A DNA stretch of 64,000 nucleotides from Octopus bimaculoides (Eukaryota): positions 22,267,120 to 22,331,119 of the forward strand of contig NC_068986.1 in the NCBI RefSeq assembly GCF_001194135.2, given 5' to 3'. Made by a program: the position numbers and the translations under genes. The notes beneath the pieces are model-generated. The model was not told the DNA's origin, did not search any database, and saw nothing but the letters and a program-made list of their open reading frames with translations. Positions 26,760 through 37,109 of this stretch are shown piece by piece. Within the stretch, counting starts at the first letter, position 1; every line of letters starts with the position of its first letter.

Positions 26760-26890
26760 TAAACCTTTGCAAGGCTGAAGGAATCGATGAAGAAAAGAAA
26801 GGAAACCTGTGAGCCGGAGAATGTTACATGTTGATGGCTGAATCTGGGATAAACAGTTGAATGGCTTTGCATACATTCCAGGATATTTCT
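26760..26890 (-). mobile_element. CR1/L2-group LINE fragment
   Basis: Reverse complement ACAGAAATATCCTGGAATGTATGCAAAGCCATTCAACTG is homologous to 27720 onward (ILE..Q.KAI.LI motif). Confidence 0.55.
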
Positions 26891-27720
26891 GTGTGTGTGT
26901 GTGTGTGTGCATATGTGCATGCACATGTGTGTGTGCAAGTGTGTGTCGGTATTCATGTGAATGTGTTTAAGTGTGTGTGTGCACACGCATGCAAGTCTGT
27001 GCATGCATGTGAGTGTGCATTGTGTGCATGCATATTAGTGTATGCATGTGTATGTGTGCATGCATGTATGTCTATGTGTGTGTGTGTGTTAAAAGTACAT
27101 TGGAATACTTTTAACATGTATTAGAGGGTGCTGCTGCAACACACACACATATACACGTACACACACTGATTTACAGACAGATACACACATGCACACACAA
27201 GCGTTACATACATACACACTCTTCTCTTTCTCACACACACATGTATACATACATGTGCATATGCACGCAGATATACACACACATTCTCATGCACTCGAGC
27301 ACACATACACTCACACTCTCTCTTACATGCACACACACACACATAATCCCTCACACACATACACATACACACAGACTCTCTCCTCATGCACACACACACA
27401 GAGGCTTATATTGCAATACAAACTGCAACACATACACACACATGTATACACAGACACACACAACACAGCACACTAACCAATACAACACAGAACACACACA
27501 CACACACAACGCAACACATGCACACAATACAGCACTCATGCACACATACACATGTATACACACACACACAGAATACAGCACATGCACACAACACAGCACT
27601 CATGCACACAACACAGCATGTGTACACACACCCACACATGTGCATGCACACACATACACACACACATGCATGTATACACACACACACATGCATGTATACA
27701 CACACACCCACTCATACACA
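26890..27720. repeat. Cryptic (TG)n tract followed by a cryptic (CA)n tract
   Basis: Strand polarity switches at about 27120-27140. Confidence 0.9.
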
Positions 27721-28230
27721 CAGAAACATCCTTGAATTCCTACAAGGCCATTCAACTGATTATCCCTAATTCAATCATCAACAAGCCACAACTTCTAGCT
27801 CGCAGCTTCTCTCTCTCTCTCTTTTTCTCCATCCATTGCTACTACAACAGACTATACACATTTCTCATAATCTATTTCTAATTTGCATTCTCTTCAGAGC
27901 CGCAAGCAGTTATCTGTCTACCCTTGCCATCTTCTAAACCAGCATGAAACATTTCCACCGGACATTCTTCCTGTAATATGATACATACTGGAATCCTCTC
28001 CCTTCCTCGCACTTTTCCTGCAAATATTTGTTTACAGATGTTCAAGCGACGTAGTTACTGCATCAATTGATCCAGTCCAGTAGGACTAGAAAACCATGGG
28101 CAATGACCCTCCTTCTCTAGAATTAGTCATGGTTGCGGACTTGAAGGAAGGAGGTGAGTGTTTTGCGGATGACAAGAAGAGGACACGATGCCACACTGGT
28201 TGCCAAATTGCTGATTGCTTAAATTCTTTA
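27720..28230 (+). mobile_element. CR1/L2-group LINE 3' end with probable 3' UTR
   Basis: Remnants RTFFL..YWNPLPSS and FPANICLQMFKRRSYCIN. Confidence 0.65.
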
Positions 28231-28264
28231 CTATGTATATGTATGTGTGTGTGTATATGTGTAT

Positions 28265-28692
28265 GTATGTGTGGGTATATATACAGGCTCAGAAGTGGCT
28301 GTGTGGTAAGTAGCTTGTTTGCCAACCACATGGTTCTGGGTTCAGTCCCACTGCGTGGCACCTTGGACAAGTGTCTTCTACTAAAGCCTAGGGCCGACAA
28401 AAGCCTTGTGAGTGGATTTGGTAGACTGAAACTGAAAGAAGTCTGTCGTATATACATATATATATACATATATGTATCTGTTTGTGTGTCTGAATTTGTT
28501 CCCCCACCATCGCTTCACAATCGATGTTGGTGTGTTTACATCCCTGTAACTTAGCGGTTCGGCAAAAGAAACTGATTAGAATAAGTACTAGGCTTGCAAG
28601 GAATAAGTTCTGGGGTTGATTTCTTCGACTAAAGGCTGTGCTCCTGCATGGCCACAGTGAAATGACTGACACAAATAAAAGGGTAAAAGAAT
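28265..28692 (+). mobile_element. OR-like CORE-SINE, full length
   Basis: Head GTGGCTGTGTGGTAAGTAGCTTG; CORE-like GGCACCTTGGACAAGTGTCTTCTACT; internal TA/TG repeat; A-rich tail. Confidence 0.85.
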
Positions 28693-28827
28693 ACATACAT
28701 ATGTGCATGGCACCCTGAACAATTGTCTTCTACTACAGCTCTGGTCTGATTAAAGCCCTGTGAGTGAATTTGGGAGACATAAACTGAAAAACCTCTGTTA
28801 TATATGTGTGTGTGTGTGTATGTTTTT

Positions 28828-29186
28828 CTTTTATTTGCTTCAGTCATTTGACTGCGGCCATGCTGCAGCACCGCCTTTAGTCTAACAAATCAACGCCAGG
28901 TCTTATTCTTTGTAAGCCTAGTACTTATTCTATCGGTTTCTTTTGCCAAACCATTAAGTTACGGGGATGTAAACACAGACACTAACATATACACACACAT
29001 TTGTATATATATATATATATATATGACTGGCTTCTTTCAGTTTCCGTCTACCAAATCCACTCACAAGGCTTTGGTTGGCCCTAGGCTATAGAAGAAGGCA
29101 CTTGCCCAAGGTGCCACTCAGTGGGACCGAACCTGGAATCATGCGGATGGTAAGCAAGCTACTTATCACACAGCGACTCCTGCACC
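28828..29186 (-). mobile_element. OR-like CORE-SINE, full length
   Basis: Reverse complement of the family at 50439-50830. Confidence 0.85.
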
Positions 29187-29539
29187 TATGTCTATACTTA
29201 CCTTAACAAATATCATGTGATGGTTGTAAATGAGTGTCACTGTCATACAAGCGAGGATGTTCATTTCCAGTCTTCCATGGAAATCATGTCTGGTCATGGG
29301 GAAATATTACCTTGCTTAGAAACAGGTGAGAGTTGGTGACAAGAAGGGCATTCAGCTATGGAAAAATCTGCCTCAACAAATTCTATCTGACCCATGCAAG
29401 CATGGAAAAGTGGACATTAAAAAGATGATGTCAATGGGGAGATATATTTGTGTGTGTGTGTATGAGTGTTTGCTTGTGTGTGTGATGTATATGTTTGTGC
29501 ATATGTGTGTTTGTACTGTACATGTATCTGTCCGTCTAT

Positions 29540-29574
29540 CTACCCCACTATCTATCTATCTATCTATCTATCTC

Positions 29575-29621
<47 letters not shown>

Positions 29622-29853
29622 GTCTGTCTGTCTGTCTATCTGTATGTCTATCTGTCTGTCTATCTATCTATCTATCTATCTGTCTATCTGTCTGTCTGTC
29701 TGTCTGTCTTTCTGTCTGCCTGCCTGTCTGTCTGTCTATCTGTCTATCTATCTATCTATCTATCTGTCTATCAATCTGTCTGTCTGTCTATCAATCTGTC
29801 TGTCTGTCCGTGTCCGTCTGTCAGTCTGTTTATCTCTCTATCTATCCTTATAC

Positions 29854-29889
<36 letters not shown>

Positions 29890-29900
29890 TATATAATATA
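29540..29900. repeat. (CTAT)n/(CTGT)n tetranucleotide repeat, then (TG)n
   Basis: Direct inspection. Confidence 0.95.
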
Positions 29901-30065
29901 TATAAATAATGTCATTGCTCCCATTAATGTTCGTGTTGTCTCTGCTGCTGCTGCTGCTTTTGTTGTTCAATAAAACATCAGAAGAGTATGAATGAAGTGT
30001 GATTTGTGACATCATAAAATAAATAAATGTCAAGTATTGCTACAACTGAAATAATATCCAAGTAA

Positions 30066-30104
<39 letters not shown>

Positions 30105-30479
30105 CAACAACAATATGTGACATCATTTCAATTTTGTAAACAACATGGGAAAGAGAAAATCTGTAAGAATCTAAAGTCACGTGAAAACAAAATCTAAACA
30201 TGATGCATCACTAGATAAACATGTGGATACATATCTTTCATGTTTTATCATTTACTGTTTACTTGTTTCAGCCATTGAACTTCAGCCATGCTGGAGCAAG
30301 TACTACCTTGAAGGGTTTAGGTGAACTAATCAACCACAGTATTTGATTTTATTAAAGTTTGGTATTTATTCTGTTGGTCTCTCTTTTGCCTGGCGCCAGT
30401 GTCACTGTCATACAAGAGGTGTCATTTATTTCTAACCTTGCATGTAAAAAAATCTGTCTGGTCAAGGGGGAAAATATTA

Positions 30480-30695
30480 TTGGGTTGTCTGGAAAGTTTG
30501 TCTGGAAAGAAAAAGGTCAATAAATAGTTGCCATTACATTTTAATCAACCAAATATGAACCATTTTGTTGCACAATGCATCTCCATCTTTCTTTTAACTT
30601 GAAAATACCCTCTTCCCAGAATTGAGGTGGTTTCATGGCAAATAAGTTGAAAGGTAAGCTACTTTAAATCGGCACGAACTTTCCGGACAACCCAA
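30480..30695 (-). mobile_element. mariner deletion derivative (216 bp) nested in a SINE
   Basis: TIRs TTGGGTTGTCTGGAAAGTT / AACTTTCCGGACAACCCAA with TA on both sides; minus strand encodes FWEEGIFKLKERWRCIVQQNGSYLVD*, a mariner C-terminus. Confidence 0.85.
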
Positions 30696-30828
30696 TACAT
30701 TACATGGAAACAGGTGAAGGTTGGTGACAGTAAGGGCATCCGGCTGTAGGAAATCAGTCTGATACTTGCTAACATGGAAAAATCCTCCTCCTCCTCCTCC
30801 TCCTCCTCCTCCTCATCATCATCATCAT

Positions 30829-31443
30829 NNNNNNNNNNNNNNNNNNNNNNNNNNNNNNNNNNNNNNNNNNNNNNNNNNNNNNNNNNNNNNNNNNNNNNNN
30901 NNNNNNNNNNNNNNNNNNNNNNNNNNNNNNNNNNNNNNNNNNNNNNNNNNNNNNNNNNNNNNNNNNNNNNNNNNNNNNNNNNNNNNNNNNNNNNNNNNNN
31001 NNNNNNNNNNNNNNNNNNNNNNNNNNNNNNNNNNNNNNNNNNNNNNNNNNNNNNNNNNNNNNNNNNNNNNNNNNNNNNNNNNNNNNNNNNNNNNNNNNNN
31101 NNNNNNNNNNNNNNNNNNNNNNNNNNNNNNNNNNNNNNNNNNNNNNNNNNNNNNNNNNNNNNNNNNNNNNNNNNNNNNNNNNNNNNNNNNNNNNNNNNNN
31201 NNNNNNNNNNNNNNNNNNNNNNNNNNNNNNNNNNNNNNNNNNNNNNNNNNNNNNNNNNNNNNNNNNNNNNNNNNNNNNNNNNNNNNNNNNNNNNNNNNNN
31301 NNNNNNNNNNNNNNNNNNNNNNNNNNNNNNNNNNNNNNNNNNNNNNNNNNNNNNNNNNNNNNNNNNNNNNNNNNNNNNNNNNNNNNNNNNNNNNNNNNNN
31401 NNNNNNNNNNNNNNNNNNNNNNNNNNNNNNNNNNNNNNNNNNN
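30829..31443. other. Assembly gap (N)
   Basis: N run. Other gaps: 34533-34542, 41688-42179, 44143-44897, 51334-51838; most abut microsatellites. Confidence 1.
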
Positions 31444-31589
31444 NGAGGAGGAGGAGAGGAGGGAATGAGGAGGAGGAGGAGGAGGAGGGGAGGGGAGGAG
31501 GAGGAAGGATCACAAAGTATTCTAAAAATTGATATAAGGGCTGCATATAATACAACCTAACAACAACAACAACAAGCTAACAATAAATC

Positions 31590-31830
31590 TAATTGGAAAT
31601 AGCTGACAGAAACTCAGAATGACTGGAAATATCCATTAAGGAAGGATGCAACATGTTTGAGAAAGGATAGATCGAACATGCTGAGCTGAAATGAGCCTTG
31701 CATAATTTGAAAAGCAGAGAGTACAATATCTGTGAATATGTTCTTTGCAAAGCAAGCTTCATTGATCACATGAAATCACATGCCATGTTCACAGAAGCAA
31801 TCTACATTTAGCAATCTTTTATCGCCATGT
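31590..31830 (+). mobile_element. RTE/BovB-like LINE 3' fragment
   Basis: Reads EIADRNSE*LEISIKEGCNMFEKG*IEHAELK*ALHNLK...C..C...FIDHMKSH, an RTE C-terminus with a C2H2 remnant. Confidence 0.55.
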
Positions 31831-32043
31831 CTGGAATATACTAATTGTGTAGTGTGCAGCAAAGCATGTAAGTTGAAATTCAAACATGGACGATGAAGAC
31901 TTTGATATCATTGTCATGGGTGGCATGGTGGCGGCGAAAGATGAAAGGCAAAGTTGACCTTGTAGGAATTTCAACTCAGAATGTAAGTAGTAGTTGTAAT
32001 GATAATAATTTGAGACAAAAACTGGGTATATGAGAGAGAGGGG

Positions 32044-32085
<42 letters not shown>

Positions 32086-32124
32086 GAAGATAGTAGAAGG
32101 ACAGAAGTTGTGGAGAGAGATACC

Positions 32125-32335
32125 ACCCGATCTGAAAAAACATCTGAAAACCTTAGAAATACCCTACAATCTAGGTGTATTGCAAAAGTCAGCATTACTT
32201 GGAACTGCATGCATATTGCGTAAAGTACTGTCTGTCAGAGGTCCTTGTTGTGACTTGACAAACAGTACAAACCCCTGGTAGACACAATATCTTCAATCAA
32301 CAACCTCATGGTATTGTATACTGTGCAACATCAAT
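32125..32335 (+). mobile_element. R4/Dong-clade LINE 3' fragment
   Basis: KKHLKTLEIPYNLGVLQKSALLGTACILRKVLSV, followed by (TAA)n. Confidence 0.75.
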
Positions 32336-32403
32336 AATAATAATAATAATAATAATAATATACTAACAGCAGCAGCAGCAACAACAACAACAGCAACAAC
32401 AAC

Positions 32404-32441
<38 letters not shown>

Positions 32442-32477
32442 GATTGATGATGATGATGATGATAATAATAATAATAA

Positions 32478-32536
<59 letters not shown>

Positions 32537-33227
32537 ATATCAATTTTCATCTAGCCATAACATTGCTTTAGAAAAGCCTCCTTGGCAATGGTACCACCTC
32601 TGCACAATACATTCTATATATGAACGGGATTATAATAAAAGACAAGATAAGACTCATTGCTCAAGAAAGAAACCATTTTTTCTGGAAGCAATTATACCAA
32701 CAAAGATAATGATTAAAGATAATGTTCGTCTTTTACCCTCCCACCCACCAACCCAGAAGACCTACTGAGATTTACCTCATTAGGAGTGGGGTGGCAGGTC
32801 ACCAGTGTTGCTTTCTTTATTCTGGTTCTAATGGGAGACCAAAGTTTCTCAGAGAAGAGATCAGAGATGTTATACACAGATAGGAAAAAGCAATGAATAC
32901 TTTGAACAACACAAGGTTTTATTACTAATTAGCTTATTATTATGTATATCGGTAGAGCTCAGTTATATTACAAAGTAAGTGTAAAGGTTATCCTTCTTTA
33001 TAACTGGAACAATTCCTTACTCATGAAACAGTCATACATACACACAAACACATATCTTCATAAACACACATGTGAAAAAACTTACATACATACATACATA
33101 CACACATATACAAATATAATTTCCCCTGGATAAGATGCAATTCTTACACTTCACCAACATTACCTACCTTATCGTTGTTGGCTTTAATATCCTGTACCTG
33201 TGCTTATCTGTGACACATGACCATTGT

Positions 33228-33312
33228 CCATCTTTCTTTTCCTTATGTGACCATCTTTCTTTTCCTTATGTGACCATCTTTCTTTTCCTTATGTGACCAT
33301 CTTTCTTTTCCT
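33228..33312. repeat. 23-bp tandem repeat, about 3.5 copies
   Basis: Unit GTGACCATCTTTCTTTTCCTTAT. Confidence 0.9.
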
Positions 33313-33637
33313 ATACGGATGTTCAAAAGAGCAGATGTGTTTTTTTTCTCTCTCCCTTCTTTCTTTTCTCTTTAAAAAAAAAAAACTGTTTCTCCCAGCA
33401 TTCATTATTTTCCTCTTGTTCTGGTCCAACAATCCTCCATGTTTGTTTTCATTTGGTTTCCATGTATGTCTCCACTCTCATATTTTTGTCCCCAACTTTG
33501 CCCCTCCATAAATCCTAAATTTTATTTTAGAATTTATGGGAGCAGCTGTCTTTGAAGACTCGTATTGTCATTGAATGCTTGAAATGACAATGCTTGAAAT
33601 GAGATAGACAGTTAACAACTGATAAAGGATCCTTTCT

Positions 33638-33715
33638 GTGGCACAAGCCCCAGTGCTTTTTATGTGGCACAAGCCCCAATGCTTTTTACGTGACACAAGT
33701 CCCAGTGCTTTTTAA
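33638..33715. repeat. 26-bp tandem repeat, 3 copies
   Basis: Unit approximately GTGGCACAAGCCCCAGTGCTTTTTAT. Confidence 0.85.
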
Positions 33716-33719
33716 CGAT

Positions 33720-34180
33720 AATAATAATCCTTTCTACTATAGGTACAAGGCCTGAAATTTGAGGGTAACGATCAATTAGATCGACCCTAGTATGTAACTA
33801 GTACTTAATTTATCGACCCTGAAAGGATGAAAGGCAAAGTCGACCTCAGCAGAATTTGAACCCAGAACGTAGCAGCAGACAAAATACTGCTATGTATTTT
33901 GTCCAGCATGCAAACCATTCTGCCAGCTTGCTACCTTTTTTTTAACGATAATAATAATAATGATAATAATAATTCCTTCTACTATAGGCACAAGACATGA
34001 AATTTTGCAGGAGTGGGGTAGTTGATTACTTTAACCCTAGTGACCAACAGGTGTTTACTTTCATCCCAAAAAATGAACGTCAAAGTTCATCTTGCTGGAA
34101 TTTGATCTCAGAACATAAAGCTGAAAGAAATGCTGCTAAACATTTTGACCAGCATGCTAATGATTCTGCCAACCTGCTGT
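33720..34180 (-). mobile_element. Two tandem (ATT)n-tail SINEs
   Basis: Two head-to-tail copies separated by (TAA)n, followed by a long (AAT/AAC)n tract to 34370. Confidence 0.8.
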
Positions 34181-34201
34181 GTTAATAATAATAACAATAA
34201 C

Positions 34202-34257
<56 letters not shown>

Positions 34258-34328
34258 CAACAACAACAACAACAACAATAACAACAATAATAATAATAAT
34301 AATAATAATAACAACAACAACAACAACG

Positions 34329-34370
<42 letters not shown>

Positions 34371-34601
34371 GTTTTGAATTTTGTGCGTGTGTGTGTGTGT
34401 GTGCGTGCATGTGTGTGTGTGCGTGCATGTGTGTGTGCACATGCAATTGTCCTCCTAGCAATGCTTGGCAACTGATGATGGTTTTCTTATGTCCCTGTAA
34501 ATTTTCAGTTCAGCAAAAGAGATCGATTGAATNNNNNNNNNNTTGTGGCAGCACCCCAGCATGGCCACAGTTCAATAATTGAAACAAGCAAAAGATGAGA
34601 C

Positions 34602-34638
<37 letters not shown>

Positions 34639-35254
34639 CAATGATGATGGTGGTGGTGGTGGTGCTGATAGTAGTGATGATGATGTTGATGACAACGGTG
34701 ATATGATGATGATGGTGATGATGATGTTGATGATGATGATGATAATGATGGCAACAATAAAAACTTATAATTCTCCTCTGTTCCACTTTTTTTGTTTTGT
34801 TTCGTTCTTGCATTTTTCTTTAGTGATTTGTTTATTGCATCATATTGTCGTTTAAAACAACAACGAATGCATTTGCTACTCACAAAATTGGTTCACAGTT
34901 GATGATGCAGCACTGTGCACCAGCACTAACAACACTGCACAATTCCTTTAAAATTATCTTTTTTCTTTTTCTTTTTGTTATTTTGTTATTTTTGGTGTGT
35001 CAAGGTTCTGCTGGAATAAACATGTTATTTATTCTACTTTATTATACTTATTATGGTTTGTTACTTAAACACAATTGACTAGCAGAATTATTAGCACATT
35101 GGAGAGAATGCATAACAGGATTTCTTCTGGCCGTTTATGTTCTGAGTTCAAATCTCACTGAGGTCAGCTTTGCCTTTCATTCTTTTTGGGTCAAAATAAA
35201 ATAAAATATTGATCAATAAAATATTGATCAATAAAATATTGATCAATAAAATAT

Positions 35255-35465
35255 TCTTTTCTACTCTAGGCACAAGGTCCGAAATTTTTGGGAGGGGACC
35301 AGTCGATTAGATCAACCCCAGTACACAACTGATACTTAATTTATCGATCCCAAAAGGATGAAAAGCAAAGTCGACCTTGGCAGAATTTGAACTCAGAATG
35401 TAAAGACAGGCGAAATACTGCTAAGTATTTCGCCCAGTATGCTAACGTTTCTGCCAGCTCACAGC
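35255..35465 (-). mobile_element. (ATT)n-tail SINE
   Basis: Contains CCCAAAAGGATGAAAAGCAAAGTCGACC; tRNA-like head at about 35460. Confidence 0.8.
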
Positions 35466-35493
35466 CTTATTAATCAATAAAATATTAATAGAT

Positions 35494-35870
35494 GCAGAAG
35501 TGGCTGTGTGGTAAGTAGCTTACTTACTAACCACATGGTTCCAGGTTCAGTCCCACTGTGTGGCACCATGGGCAAGCGTCTTCTACTGTAGCCTCGGGCC
35601 GAACAAAGCCATGTGAGTAGATTTGGAAGAAGTCCATCATATATGTGTGTGTGTGTGTGTGTGTGTGAGTGTCTGTTTGTGTTTGTCCCCAGCACCATCG
35701 CTTGACAACCGATGCTGATGTGTTTACGACCCCATCACTCAGTGGTTCAGCAAAAGAGACTGATAGAATAAGTACTAAGCTTACGAAGAATAAGTCTTGG
35801 GGTTGATTTGTTTGACTAAAGGTGGTGCTCCAGCATGGGCTCAGTCAAATGAATGAAACAAATAAAAGAG
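35494..35870 (+). mobile_element. OR-like CORE-SINE
   Basis: Colinear with 50439-50830. Confidence 0.85.
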
Positions 35871-37061
35871 TTAGTACTCGAGTTAATGTAATTGACTAAC
35901 CCACCTCTCCTTGGTAACAAAATTACACATGATCCATTAGAGACTCATGAAGTGAATCTATAGATTCTCTCCTAGTTTGTGACCATGCTGCATCGAGTCA
36001 TGTCCATCTTGAAGTGTTGCCCCTTGTACACACACACACACAACAGGTTTCCTCACAATTTCCATCTACCAAATTCACTTACAAGGTTTTGGTTGGCCTG
36101 AGGCTATAATAGAAGACTCTTGCCCAAGATGCCATGCAGTTGGGATGAACCTGAAACCCCAGGTTATTGCGAAGGCAGCTTCTTAATCACACAGCCATGT
36201 CTGTACCTATTGCAAATGTTTAAATAAAGATTTCTCACACTGGCATGTAGTGGCAGATTTTAATGGGAAAAGAAGTGGAATTGATTCAAGTTGACCTCCA
36301 CCAAAAAGATGAAAGGAGAAAAGTCAACTCTGAAAGGATTTGAACTCAGAATGTAAAGGAATGTAACTAAATGCCACAAGTCACATAATCCTACAATCAA
36401 CTGCTTCTAAAATTCCTCCACCCTTGAAATGTTTGAATAATAATCAGTGTAATATTTAGATTTAGCTAATTCGACAAACTCACCCACACACCACAACACA
36501 CCCCCACACATACTCCTCCACAAAACATTAAGCTGTTATTATTTTCTGCTAGATCATTATTCCATGCGTTGACATGTTTCCTATGAGGTTTATATGTATG
36601 TAAGTGGGTCATTGAAGTAAAATGAGCCTTGTGTGTGAAGTTAGGTTCAAATACTGGCATACATTCACTCGTCTATTCATTCATTCTATTAATTGTTCAT
36701 TCTCTTTAGTTTGTTTCCTGTTCTCCAGTCATTGGCATCAATGGTTCACAGGTTTATTGAGACTATTATGAACACTCACTTGTGTGACTTAACGTACACG
36801 CTCGATGGATGCATGAATGTTAACAGGAGTTTGTTGTTACTGCTCTTAACACACACACGCACCCTCCCCCACGCCTTCATTCATTTGTTAATTGCAATTA
36901 CACTACAGTTTAGTCAAGTAAAATTCAAGTCCACTGAAAAGGTTTATGCATATGTATATATACATATAAACATACATGCAAACATACATACAAACATACA
37001 TACATATATATATACATATATGTATGTATGCATGTATTTATGTGTGTATTTATGATTGTAG

Positions 37062-37109
<48 letters not shown>

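Noticed and set aside
26500-26760. Cluster of AP-1/CRE/YY1-like motifs (TGAGTCA, TGACG, AAAATGGC)
   Set aside because: Short motifs adjoining a LINE remnant; the putative downstream gene was itself rejected.
28038-28153. Apparent first coding exon (acceptor TTTACAG, Kozak AAAACCATGG, MGNDPPSLELVMVADLKEG, donor GAG|GTGAGT)
   Set aside because: The acceptor and 5' half lie inside a CR1/L2 LINE C-terminus (FPANICLQMFKRR) and the rest is probably its 3' UTR. No downstream exon could be linked. Exonisation is possible but unsupported.
33228-33715. CRISPR-like short direct repeats
   Set aside because: Contiguous tandem units without unique spacers, in eukaryotic DNA.
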